A stretch of DNA of 64,000 nt from Oscillospiraceae bacterium (GCA_015065135.1 SVQY01000003.1:12667-76666); one strand, 5' to 3'; counted from the stretch's first letter, positions 9,338 through 18,713 are shown. Program-made: numbers and translations. The notes: generated by a model from the letters alone, not told the origin.

Positions 9338-10127
9338 TTATAAAAAGGCGTACGTGCCTGCCAAGGGCTACACCCCCATTTGCAAGATCGGCGAATGCTC
9401 CTTGAAAAAGCTGGAGTTCGGCATCATTGAGCTGGACGGCGGAGAGAGCCTCGTTTTTGAGACGGCTGACAAGGAGACCGCCTTCATCATGCTGGAGGGT
9501 CATTGCGATGTGAAGACCGAGGGCTATTTCTTTGAAAACGTGGGAAATCGCAATAACGTGTTCGAAAATCGCCGCGCAGAGAGCTTTTATATGCCCCGCG
9601 ATCAAAAGCTGGAGATCGTTGCAAGGGATCACATCAAGATCGCCGTTTGCGCGACCCCCGTTACGGAAAAGACCGAGCCCCAGGTGCTTCGCGAGGACCA
9701 TGTGGTGCTCAAGCTTCTGGGCGAGCAGCCTTATCAGCGTGAGACCAGCTTTATCATTGACGGCAATTCCAACGCAAAGATCCTGACCATCGGAGAGGCC
9801 TACTGCACCAAGGGCAATTGGGCAGGCTTCCCCCCTCATAAGCACGACGAGGACAATATGCCCACCGAGTGCATTGCCGAGGAGATCTATTACTTCCTCT
9901 TTGACCCTAAGCAGGGCTTTGCGGTGCAATGCCTGTATACGGCCGACGGTAGCCTGGACGAGGCGTATCGCGTGAAGAACGACGAGCTGGTGGAGTTTCC
10001 TTACGGTTACCACACCACCGTTTCCACCCCCGGCTATCAGACCTATTTTCTCTGGCTGATGGCAGGAGATCATCAGGGCTTTAACCGCAGCAGCGACCCG
10101 GCACACGCCTGGATCGAGAAAAAATAA
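9327..10127 (+). CDS. iolB: 5-deoxy-glucuronate isomerase family protein (IolB-like cupin)
   Basis: About 266 aa with GFPPHKHDE....EEIYYF cupin core typical of IolB/KduI-type isomerases. ATG 9327 has better RBS spacing than ATG 9321. Confidence 0.7.
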   Translation: MSYNYKKAYVPAKGYTPICKIGECSLKKLEFGIIELDGGESLVFETADKETAFIMLEGHCDVKTEGYFFENVGNRNNVFENRRAESFYMPRDQKLEIVARDHIKIAVCATPVTEKTEPQVLREDHVVLKLLGEQPYQRETSFIIDGNSNAKILTIGEAYCTKGNWAGFPPHKHDEDNMPTECIAEEIYYFLFDPKQGFAVQCLYTADGSLDEAYRVKNDELVEFPYGYHTTVSTPGYQTYFLWLMAGDHQGFNRSSDPAHAWIEKK

Positions 10128-10138
10128 GGAGGCTCGCC

Positions 10139-10786
10139 ATGCTGAAAAAATTGCAGGAGCTGAACCCCACGCTGCGGCTGTACGACGTGACCGATCCCGC
10201 CTTCGCTCCCTATGGGCGCGTGCTGCAAATGGACGTGAGCGAGATCGCCGCCGAGGCGGAAAAGCTGGAAAAGCCCGCAAACGGGTCGACTTATCTGCCA
10301 TCCGTGCCCGCTTTTGAGGCATTGCAGATCGCGGACGAGATCAAGAATGCGGTGTTTGGCACACTGGATACGCAGGTGGGCTATTGCTACGGCTACAGCG
10401 ACACGCTGAACGCTACCGAATGGCATTTTTCCTCCGAGCTGAATGTTGCCGTCACCCCTTTGGTGCTGATCCTCGGACAGCGCGCGGATATCAAGGCCGG
10501 AAAGCTGGATTCTGCCGATATGAAGGCGTTTTACCTGCCCGCCGGCACTGTGGTGGAGGTCTACGCCACCGCCACCCATTTCTGCCCCTGCCAGGTGCAG
10601 GAGAGCGGCTTTGGCTGCGTGGTCGCATTGCCGAAGGGCACCAATACGCCCCTGGAGGAGCCTACTGCAGATCCTCTTTTGTTCCGTCGGAACAAGTGGC
10701 TGCTTGCCCATGAGCAAAACGAGGGACTGATCGCCCGCGGTGCTGTTGCGGGCATATTTGGTGAGAATTACAAAATCAAATTTTAG
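10139..10786 (+). CDS. DUF4867-like protein (ureidoglycolate-lyase-like cupin fold), function unknown
   Basis: Size (215 aa) and N-terminal pattern recalled from DUF4867 proteins found in clostridial sugar operons. Call from memory only. Confidence 0.45.
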   Translation: MLKKLQELNPTLRLYDVTDPAFAPYGRVLQMDVSEIAAEAEKLEKPANGSTYLPSVPAFEALQIADEIKNAVFGTLDTQVGYCYGYSDTLNATEWHFSSELNVAVTPLVLILGQRADIKAGKLDSADMKAFYLPAGTVVEVYATATHFCPCQVQESGFGCVVALPKGTNTPLEEPTADPLLFRRNKWLLAHEQNEGLIARGAVAGIFGENYKIKF

Positions 10787-10795
10787 GAGTATGCT

Positions 10796-12271
10796 ATGAG
10801 ATATCTCTTGGGCATCGACTTTGGCGGCGGCGCCTCCAAGGCCACACTCCTTGGGGAGAACGGAGCCATCCTTTGTGAGCATACGGTGGAGTATCCCACT
10901 CTCTATCCTGCCCCCGGAGCTTGCGAGCAAGCCCCCGAGGATTGGATCGCCGCTTTGTGCGAAAATACGAAAACGGTATTGAAAAAAGCGAACATTTCGC
11001 CTTTTGATATCGCCGCCGTTGCCGTCGATTCCGCCACGCACACCTCTCTTGTTTGCGATGGGGAATACCGTCCTCTGCGACCTGCTATGCATTGGACGGA
11101 CAGCCGTAGCCGTCGCGAGGCGGATGCGCTGCGGGAGCAATACGGGGAGGAGATCTTTGCAAAGACCTTTCACAAGCCGGATACCATCTGGACGCTCCCT
11201 CAGCTGCTGTGGCTGAAGGGGAACGAGCCGGAGGTGTTTTCCCGCATCGCCCATATCTTTTTTGAAAAGGACTATATCCGCTATTTTCTGACCGACGTGT
11301 ACTGCACCGACTATATTGAGGCGGAGGGCAGTATGCTTTTTGACTGTAACAAAATGGCGTGGGATGAAGCGTTGTGTGGCCTGTGCGGTATTACCGCCGC
11401 TATGCTGCCCCCCATTTGCAAGCCCACCGATGTGATCGGCAAGGTCACCGAAGAGGCAGCCGCTGCCACGGGTCTTGCCGCAGGCACCCCTGTGATCTGC
11501 GGTACCACCGATACGGTGATGGAGGTCTTTGCCTCCGGTGCGGTGAGCCCCGGTGACGTGACCGTCAAGCTGGCCACGGCAGGACGTATCTGCGTGATCA
11601 CCGAGGGGGCACGCCCCGATCGCCATCTGGTGAACTATTCCCATATCATTGAGGGGCTCTGGTATCCCGGTACCGCCACCAAATCGGCGGCGGCGTCCTA
11701 CCGCTGGTATCGCGATACCTTTGGAGGGGATTACCGCGAGCTGGACGGGGGCGCAGCCAAGGTGCCGATCGGCGCTGAGGGACTGTTCTTCCACCCCTAT
11801 CTCAACGGTGAGCTGACTCCCTATGCCGATCCTACTCTTTGCGGCAGCTTTGTTGGCGTGCGCGCCACCCATACGAAAGCGCATTTTACCAGAGCGGTAT
11901 TGGAGGGTGTCTCCCTTTCGCTGCTGGATAACAAGCTGTATCTGGATGGGCTGGGCATTCCTTATAAGGAGACTGCCACCCTGATCGGGGGCGGTGCCAA
12001 GGGACCGCTCTGGCGGCAGATCACCGCCGACGTACTGGGGCTGACGCTGCAGATCACCGAAAGCTCGGATTCCTCCCTCGGCTCCGCCATGCTGGCAGGC
12101 ATTGCCGTGGGTGTGTTTGCCGATGCCGAGGCGGCAGTGGCAAAATGTGTCAAAAAAACCGACACCGTGTACCCGAATTTGGAAAATGCCGCTCGTTACA
12201 AAGCGTTGTTTGACACCTACAAGCGCATTCACGATGCCCTTGCTCCCATCTATCGGGAGAATGCCCGATGA
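10796..12271 (+). CDS. FGGY-family carbohydrate kinase (xylulokinase-like)
   Basis: MRYLLGIDFGGGASKATLL N-terminal phosphate-1 motif and C-terminal GGGAKG..W.QI.ADV FGGY signature. 491 aa. Confidence 0.85.
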   Translation: MRYLLGIDFGGGASKATLLGENGAILCEHTVEYPTLYPAPGACEQAPEDWIAALCENTKTVLKKANISPFDIAAVAVDSATHTSLVCDGEYRPLRPAMHWTDSRSRREADALREQYGEEIFAKTFHKPDTIWTLPQLLWLKGNEPEVFSRIAHIFFEKDYIRYFLTDVYCTDYIEAEGSMLFDCNKMAWDEALCGLCGITAAMLPPICKPTDVIGKVTEEAAAATGLAAGTPVICGTTDTVMEVFASGAVSPGDVTVKLATAGRICVITEGARPDRHLVNYSHIIEGLWYPGTATKSAAASYRWYRDTFGGDYRELDGGAAKVPIGAEGLFFHPYLNGELTPYADPTLCGSFVGVRATHTKAHFTRAVLEGVSLSLLDNKLYLDGLGIPYKETATLIGGGAKGPLWRQITADVLGLTLQITESSDSSLGSAMLAGIAVGVFADAEAAVAKCVKKTDTVYPNLENAARYKALFDTYKRIHDALAPIYRENAR

Positions 12272-13638
12272 GAGTGGTCGTATGTGTCAGGCAGGGTCTT
12301 GACGGAGAGCTTGGCGCCTTTGATGCCGCCGCCTATGAGGCGGCGTTGCGCCTGCCCGACGCAGAGGTCCTCCTGCTTTCCATGGGGCCGCCAAGCGTGG
12401 CGGAATTTCTGCAAAAGCTGACCCGTTTGGGGGCTAAACGTGCCATCCTGTTGTCTGACGGCGCTTTTGCGGGGGCGGACACCCTTGCCACCGCGTATAC
12501 TCTTTCCTTGGCGGTCAAAAGGCTGATGCCCGACCTGGTGCTTTGCGGCAGACAGACGTTGGTAGGGGATACCGCACAGACGGGACCCATGCTTGCCGCC
12601 ATGTGCGGATATAAGCTCGTAACCAACGTGATGGCGCTGACCGTGGGCGACAGGGAGGTCTCCTGCCTGACCCGTGACGAGGGGGAGTGCAGGGCGAGCC
12701 TGCCCGCTTTGCTGACGGTGGAGCGTATCCATACCCTGCGCTTGCCTCGCTTGCGCGCCCCTATGGGAGAATTGGAAATATGGGATGCCGCTGCCCTTGG
12801 CGCGGAGGTTTCTCGCTGCGGTCTTGCAGGCTCCCCCACCCGTGTGATAAAGACCTTTGAAAACGAAGGTGGGAAGCGGCAATGCCGCTTTATCCGCCCT
12901 GACGAGTTGCAGAGTGCCATCGCTGCCGGAATGCGAAAAAACAAAGAAAAAACAGCTTTGCCAAAAAGCGCGGAGCGGCTGCAAAACGTTTGCATCGTGG
13001 GTGAAGCGCCCCGTGCCTTTGCGGAGGCGATCAGCGATGATATTACCCTGCTGCAGCGTGCAGAGGTGACCGCCGAAATGATCCGAAAACGCGACCCGTC
13101 TGCCGTCTTTTTCGGCAGCGACTCCGCTTCTAAGCGATTGGCGGCAGAGCTTGCCGCGACCCTGCAGGCAGGGCTTTGCGCCGATTGCACCGCTGCAGAG
13201 GTGAGCGGTGGGGAGCTGTTCCTTTACCGCCCGGCCCTTTCGGGCAGCATCATAGCAAAGATAAAATGCATCACCCGCCCCGCCATGGCCACGGTGCGCA
13301 CCGCAGAGCAGGAGGCAGGGGATGTGATCCTGACCGCGGGCTTTGGCGTGAAGGACGATATGGAAAGGGTGCGCGCCCTTGCCGCACGGCTGAACGCCAC
13401 CCTTTGCACTACCCGAAAAATGGTGGATCACGACCTGTTGCCCTATGAAATGCAGGTGGGACTCACCGGCAAAACGGTGGCTCCTCCCGTTTATATCGCG
13501 GCGGGCGTTTCGGGCGCGGTGCATCACATTGCGGGGATGCAGCGCGCGGGTACCGTGATCGCGATCAACCGAGATAAAGATGCGCCCATTTTTGACTATG
13601 CCGATTACGGCATCGTTGCAAATATTGAAGAAATTTAA
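12268..13638 (+). CDS. fused electron-transfer-flavoprotein beta-like / alpha-like (FixA-FixB type) protein
   Basis: The N-terminal half resembles EtfB (MRVVVCV...LVLCGRQTLVGDTAQTGPMLAAMCGY...GLAGSPTRV). The C-terminal half resembles the EtfA FAD domain (YIAAGVSGAVHHIAGMQRAGTVIAINRDKDAPIF). ATGA overlap with the upstream kinase stop. Confidence 0.75.
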   Translation: MRVVVCVRQGLDGELGAFDAAAYEAALRLPDAEVLLLSMGPPSVAEFLQKLTRLGAKRAILLSDGAFAGADTLATAYTLSLAVKRLMPDLVLCGRQTLVGDTAQTGPMLAAMCGYKLVTNVMALTVGDREVSCLTRDEGECRASLPALLTVERIHTLRLPRLRAPMGELEIWDAAALGAEVSRCGLAGSPTRVIKTFENEGGKRQCRFIRPDELQSAIAAGMRKNKEKTALPKSAERLQNVCIVGEAPRAFAEAISDDITLLQRAEVTAEMIRKRDPSAVFFGSDSASKRLAAELAATLQAGLCADCTAAEVSGGELFLYRPALSGSIIAKIKCITRPAMATVRTAEQEAGDVILTAGFGVKDDMERVRALAARLNATLCTTRKMVDHDLLPYEMQVGLTGKTVAPPVYIAAGVSGAVHHIAGMQRAGTVIAINRDKDAPIFDYADYGIVANIEEI

Positions 13639-13655
13639 GCAAGGAGGCTTTTGAA

Positions 13656-15065
13656 ATGTTGGATTATAAGATCAAAATGGGTCTGGTGGCTATGAGAAGA
13701 AATACCACTGACCGCCCGAGAGGCACCTTTCTGACTTGGTACTCCGCCGAGCAAAGAGGCAAGCGGTTTGTGGATTACATTGAAAAGAATTTTGCGAGCG
13801 AGCACGTTTCCTTTGTGGATAACAAGGGCATCGGCATTCAGGATCTGGTTTTTGACGATGCCACCGCCGCCGAGGTGGTCGAGCGCTTCCGGGCCGAGAA
13901 GGTGGATGCGGTCATGATCATCAACTGCAACTTCGGCAACGAGGAGGCAGCCGCCGATATTGCCAAGGCGCTGGGTAAGCCCGTGCTGCTCTGGGCGCCC
14001 CTTGACGACGAGTATTATGTGGACGGTATGCGCCCCACCGACTCCCAGTGCGGCATCTTCGGCCTTTCCCGTCAGATGCAGCGTTATCGCATTCCGTTCT
14101 CCCACATTCCCTCCTGCGAGGTGGAGTCCGAGGAGTTCAAGGAAGGCTTCCTGCGCTTTGTGCGCGTTGCCTGCATGGTGAAGAATTTCAAGGGTCTGCG
14201 CATCGGCCAGGTGGGTATCCGTCCCGCCCCCTTCTTCTCGGTCATCAGCAACGAGGGCGAGCTGATGGAGCAGTTCGGCATCCGCATCATTCCCATCAAT
14301 TTTGCCATCATCGAGCAGCGTATGAAGGCAGCCCCTGAGCTGTATGCCGACGAGATCGCGGAGTATGAAAAGTTCTTCAAGGAAAAATTTGAGCTGGACG
14401 ACCTCACGCCCAAGTACATCACCCCTATGGCGACCCTTGCCGCCATGTATAAGCACCTGTTTGAGGAGTACCGTCTGGATGTGATCTCCGCTGAGTGCTG
14501 GACAGCGACCCCCATTATGTTTGACGGCCTCGCCCCCTGTGCCGTATACAGCCTGTTGAATGACCTTGGTTATATGATCTCCTGCGAGAGTGATATTCAC
14601 GCCGCCATGACCATGGTGCTGCTTAAGTGCGCTACGCTCGGTGAGGGCAAGCCCCTGTTTGGCGAGTTCACCGTTCGCCATCCGCAAAAGAGAAACGCAG
14701 AGCTGCTCTGGCACTGCGGCCCGTTCCCACTTTCCCAGATGGCGCCCGACACCAAGGCGAGACTGGTCAATCAACGTGTCTGGCTGCGCGGCAAGGACGG
14801 TACCTACACCGTAGCCCGACTGGACCGCGAGGCCGGCGGACAGTATCTGCTGCTGCCTATGGTCTGCCGCACCACCGAGGGTCCCCAGACCCACGGCACC
14901 TATATCTGGGCGGAGTTTGACGACCTTTGCGCCGTGGAGAACCGCTTGATGGAGGGCCCCTACATCCACCACTTCATCGAGATGGAGGGGGATTATACCA
15001 AGGAGCTTGCTGAGTTCTGTAAGTACTATCCCAACCTGAAGATCGACCGCGCGCTGGAGAAATAA
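13656..15065 (+). CDS. L-fucose/L-arabinose isomerase family protein
   Basis: 469 aa. The overall pattern (INCNFGNEE.., LLWHCGPFP) recalls FucI/AraA-superfamily sugar isomerases. Last gene of the operon. Confidence 0.6.
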   Translation: MLDYKIKMGLVAMRRNTTDRPRGTFLTWYSAEQRGKRFVDYIEKNFASEHVSFVDNKGIGIQDLVFDDATAAEVVERFRAEKVDAVMIINCNFGNEEAAADIAKALGKPVLLWAPLDDEYYVDGMRPTDSQCGIFGLSRQMQRYRIPFSHIPSCEVESEEFKEGFLRFVRVACMVKNFKGLRIGQVGIRPAPFFSVISNEGELMEQFGIRIIPINFAIIEQRMKAAPELYADEIAEYEKFFKEKFELDDLTPKYITPMATLAAMYKHLFEEYRLDVISAECWTATPIMFDGLAPCAVYSLLNDLGYMISCESDIHAAMTMVLLKCATLGEGKPLFGEFTVRHPQKRNAELLWHCGPFPLSQMAPDTKARLVNQRVWLRGKDGTYTVARLDREAGGQYLLLPMVCRTTEGPQTHGTYIWAEFDDLCAVENRLMEGPYIHHFIEMEGDYTKELAEFCKYYPNLKIDRALEK

Positions 15066-15074
15066 AAAACACAG

Positions 15075-15103
15075 AAAAAAGCCCCCGTTCGGGGGCTTTT
15101 TTC
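15075..15103 (+). terminator. intrinsic terminator of the sugar operon
   Basis: GCCCCC-gttc-GGGGGC followed by TTTTTT. Confidence 0.85.
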
Positions 15104-15130
15104 TTTACCGTTTGCAGGGATAATGCCGTT

Positions 15131-16129
15131 TCAGCAGCGGAATGCCGCCTTGATAAAGTTGTCGGTGTGATGCTCCATCATCTCACTGACCTTGTCAAAA
15201 TCCTTCATGTCGTAGATCTTGGTCACGCCCCTGAATTGCCAGATGCCCTTGTCCAGTAGCTCCATGCAGCGGCGGCAAAGCTCTGCTTCGTAATCAATGC
15301 GGCGTTCGTGGCAGTTGATGGTGGTGATGGCCTTGAAATTCCAGAGCTTGTAGTTGATGGTGCGGTCCCCGTCGTTGTGATAGCCGCCGATGCCCAGACG
15401 TCCGTGACCCTGCACCAGGTCGCCCGCCAGGCGCAGACCGTCCTCGGTGCCGCTGAATTCCAGCACGGTGGGAATGCCGCCGTTCAGTATTGTAAAGTTG
15501 TTGCCGTCACGGGTCAGGCTGACCTTGCCCATGGTGTCGAAGGTGAGAAAATATTCGATGGGGATCTCGTGCGGCAGGTAGGTCTCGGTGGCGCCGAACC
15601 GTTTTGCATTCTCCAACGCCTCGGGGCGCTTGTCGATGGCAATGATGTTGCCGTAGCCCATTGCCTTGAAAAGGGCGATGGAGCCAAGCCCCATATAGCC
15701 GCAGCCCACCACGGCGACCGTGTCGCCAAGGGTCTTCACGGGCAGCTTCATGGCGGCGGAAAGCAGGCAGGCGAGGGGCTCGGAAATGGCATCCTCATCC
15801 GAAAGACTGTCGGGCACGTGCGCCATTTTGGCGGGGCTTACCGCAATGTATTCCTTGTAGCCGCCACCGCCGAGACCCGTCACGCGGTCACCGACCTTGA
15901 AGCCCTTCACATTGGCGCCCACCTTGGCAACCACACCCACGGTCTCGTGTCCGATGGTATTGCCGCTGCCGTTTTTGCCCTGTGTCCAAGGATAAAATTC
16001 GGAATGGCACATACCGGTCAGGGTGACCTTGACCAGCATTTGGTCGTCGCTGATCTCGGGGATCGGCACCTCTATGATCTCGGTCTTGCGGGGACCGGTC
16101 AGGATCATCTGCTTCATAGTGTTCTGCAT
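15131..16129 (-). CDS. zinc-dependent alcohol/polyol dehydrogenase (MDR family)
   Basis: GMCHSE, GHE.VG, GDRV zinc-ADH motifs and a GxGxxG Rossmann (VVGCGYMGLG). Start at ATG 16129 behind AAAGGAGG; the longer 498-aa ORF is an upstream extension with no coding character. Confidence 0.85.
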   Translation of the reverse strand: MQNTMKQMILTGPRKTEIIEVPIPEISDDQMLVKVTLTGMCHSEFYPWTQGKNGSGNTIGHETVGVVAKVGANVKGFKVGDRVTGLGGGGYKEYIAVSPAKMAHVPDSLSDEDAISEPLACLLSAAMKLPVKTLGDTVAVVGCGYMGLGSIALFKAMGYGNIIAIDKRPEALENAKRFGATETYLPHEIPIEYFLTFDTMGKVSLTRDGNNFTILNGGIPTVLEFSGTEDGLRLAGDLVQGHGRLGIGGYHNDGDRTINYKLWNFKAITTINCHERRIDYEAELCRRCMELLDKGIWQFRGVTKIYDMKDFDKVSEMMEHHTDNFIKAAFRC

Positions 16130-16257
16130 CACGATACCTCCTTTGCTTACTGCCTTCATTTTATCACGGTCCACGGACGGGGGAATAGCACAAATGCGAG
16201 AAAAAGATGGACAAAAACGACTTTTTGTGATAGAATAAGAAAAAAGGAGGTGGTAGC

Positions 16258-16995
16258 ATGGCGTTGCAGAGTGTGGGAATTTCCCCGAGAGCGTTGTCGC
16301 ATTCCCGTGCGCACCGACATCCCTTCTATGAGATCGTGCTGAATTTAGAGGGGGAAGGGACCACCGATATCGGCGGTGAGCGGAGTGCCTTTTTCCCCGG
16401 CAGTGTGCATATCGTGCCGCCCGGAGTGCCGCACACAAAAGAAACGGACGAGACCTTTCGGGATATCTATTTTCATACCGACACCTTGCCCTTTGCTCTG
16501 ACCGGTGCAGTCGCCTTTCAGGACGATGGCGCAGAAAGCCTGCGACAGCTGATGCAGATGATGCTGTTTCGCTATCTGCAGGAGCAGCCGGGAGACCGCG
16601 TGCTGGAGCAGATGTATGAGCTGGCACTTTCTATCATTGCCGAGGCATATCGCGCCGTGCCGATCGATCCGACCGTAGAGCGGCTTTTGCGGCAGTTGGC
16701 GCTCTCCTTCAACGATCCCGAGTTATCGGTGGGTGAGCTGCTGAAGGGAAGCGGTTATCATAAGGACCATATTCGCCGCAAGTTTTTGAGCATCGTTGGT
16801 ATGACTCCCAGCGAATATCTGACACATCTGCGTATTGAGCACGCAAAAAAGCTGTTGGCAGAGCGCTGTGCAAGCGGCCTTTCGGTAGCGACGATCGGAG
16901 AGATGTGCGGCTATTACGATGCGCGCTATTTTGCCCGCATCTTCAAAAAGGCCACCGGTGAGATGCCCACGTCTTACGGAGCAAAAGAACGGTAA
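16258..16995 (+). CDS. AraC family transcriptional regulator (cupin + HTH)
   Basis: C-terminal AraC HTH (PSEYLTHLRIEHAKKLL...IGEMCGYYDARYFARIFKK). Divergent from the dehydrogenase gene. Confidence 0.85.
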   Translation: MALQSVGISPRALSHSRAHRHPFYEIVLNLEGEGTTDIGGERSAFFPGSVHIVPPGVPHTKETDETFRDIYFHTDTLPFALTGAVAFQDDGAESLRQLMQMMLFRYLQEQPGDRVLEQMYELALSIIAEAYRAVPIDPTVERLLRQLALSFNDPELSVGELLKGSGYHKDHIRRKFLSIVGMTPSEYLTHLRIEHAKKLLAERCASGLSVATIGEMCGYYDARYFARIFKKATGEMPTSYGAKER

Positions 16996-17009
16996 AAAAC
17001 GAACACGGT

Positions 17010-18710
17010 ATGCAAAATTTGCGAAAAAACGTGTTTCCCGATACACAAAAACAAAATTTTACGGAGGTGACTCCCTTGCGAAAGGTAATATGTAGTGTGC
17101 TGGTCGTGCTTCTGCTTTTGACAGCTCTGCTGCCCTTGGGTGCAGCAGCTGCCACCAATGAGGCGTTGGAAACGACCGTGTCCTATCCGGCCAAAACCTA
17201 TTTTTATCAGCAGCTCCCGAGCAATGCCAAGCTGATCTATGATGCCCTGGCAGCTGAAGTCAATCTGCCGAGCCTGAAAGCAGGTGAACCGATTTCGGTC
17301 GCGGAGCGTAGCGTAAACATCCCGTCGGGGCTCACGCAAACGCAGTTTGATACGTTATACGGCGATCTGCAGGCCAAGGCCGACGAGCTGGGCGTGATCA
17401 TGGAATCGCTCAGCGATGCGGTGGCAGCGTTTTATCGGGATCGCACGGATATTTTCTGGACGGCGGGCGTCAGCAGTCGGCTGGCTTATTATGAGGATGG
17501 CGAGCCGATGTCGGGGGAGCTTTATATTGAAACCGGTCATACCTATACGGTGAAGCTGCAGGTGATACTGCCGCTGGGAGAGGATTGGGACGGTGACAGT
17601 ATCACCGATCGCGATCTTGAGGCAGATATCGAAGCGTTGGCGGCCGGCATCCGGACGATTGCCAATGCGGCCGATGCACTGGAGAGCCGCAAGGCAAAGG
17701 TGGACTATATCAATGAGCAGCTTTGCTTCTATAATACGTATAACACCCCCGCGGCCGAGGGCAGCTTCGGTTTTCGCTATCCCTGGACAGCGCTTTCCGC
17801 GCTGGATCAGCTGACGGTGGAGAATGACGGCACCGCCGCCGCGCTGCGGCCGGTCTGTGAGGGCTATGCCAAGGCCTTTAAGATGATCTGCGCTGCGCTG
17901 AATATTCCCTGCATCCTGGTCAGCGGAACCGGTGACGGCGAGGGGCATATGTGGAACTATGTGCAAATGGAGGATAATCTCTGGTACGCGGTCGATGTTA
18001 CCTGGAACGATAGCACGGGGCACAACGGCTATCTCCTGGTAGGCAAGGATGTGATGGATCTGAAGCATACCACCGCCAGCAATTTTATGCAGGGCGACCA
18101 TATGACCTTCTATTATCCCGTTTTGCAGGATCTGTCGTACACAGAGCCGCAAAGCGGCCTGATCCTGGAGATCACCGCCGATGGAAGCACCGAGGTGACG
18201 GTGGGTTATACCGCAGCACCGGGCTTTGCTTTGACCATTCGTAACGTGGGCACCGATGCGGAGGAGATCACCTCTGTGAGCGTAAACGAGGATCACTTTA
18301 TCGTTAGTGGCCCCACGACGCTGACCTTGAACGGTGGCGATGCGGATGAGGAGAGCTATCGTGTGTCGCTTGCATCGGGGCTTGCGGCAGGCAGCTACAG
18401 CGCCATCGTCACGGTGACCTACGGCGAGGATAAGACTGCCATCGCTACGGTTTTTGCAACGGTGCTGGCACCGGTCCTTGACGATGACGAAAAAAATGAT
18501 GAAAACGGAGATACAAACGTGAAGGAGCCGATCGGCGATCTTGCCAAGCCTGATGGGGAGGAGGATCCCTTTGAGGATGTCGAAGGCCTTTGGCAGCGGC
18601 TGCTACTGAAGCTGAAGGACCCCACCGTAAAGATCGTTTTGATCGTGATCGCCGCAGTATTGCTTCTGCTGCTGATAGGCATACCGGTCATCAGAGGAAA
18701 AAACAGGTAA
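17010..18710 (+). CDS. secreted, C-terminally membrane-anchored transglutaminase-like (Cys-His-Asp) protein
   Basis: Signal/TM segment VICSVLVVLLLLTALLPLGAAAA. Transglutaminase core CEGYAKAF...GHMWNYV...YAVDVTWND. C-terminal TM IVLIVIAAVLLLLLIGIPVI. The true start may be TTG 17076, which follows GGAGGTGA. Confidence 0.7.
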   Translation: MQNLRKNVFPDTQKQNFTEVTPLRKVICSVLVVLLLLTALLPLGAAAATNEALETTVSYPAKTYFYQQLPSNAKLIYDALAAEVNLPSLKAGEPISVAERSVNIPSGLTQTQFDTLYGDLQAKADELGVIMESLSDAVAAFYRDRTDIFWTAGVSSRLAYYEDGEPMSGELYIETGHTYTVKLQVILPLGEDWDGDSITDRDLEADIEALAAGIRTIANAADALESRKAKVDYINEQLCFYNTYNTPAAEGSFGFRYPWTALSALDQLTVENDGTAAALRPVCEGYAKAFKMICAALNIPCILVSGTGDGEGHMWNYVQMEDNLWYAVDVTWNDSTGHNGYLLVGKDVMDLKHTTASNFMQGDHMTFYYPVLQDLSYTEPQSGLILEITADGSTEVTVGYTAAPGFALTIRNVGTDAEEITSVSVNEDHFIVSGPTTLTLNGGDADEESYRVSLASGLAAGSYSAIVTVTYGEDKTAIATVFATVLAPVLDDDEKNDENGDTNVKEPIGDLAKPDGEEDPFEDVEGLWQRLLLKLKDPTVKIVLIVIAAVLLLLLIGIPVIRGKNR

Positions 18711-18713
18711 AAA

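Noticed and set aside
15131-16627. Full 498-aa ORF for the alcohol dehydrogenase (and similar long upstream extensions at 1270..2904, 20227.., 22168..22800, 54558..57092, 57140..57994)
   Set aside because: In each case an internal start with a good Shine-Dalgarno sequence coincides with the conserved N-terminus of the protein family. The upstream extension is compositionally non-coding or overlaps the divergent promoter region.
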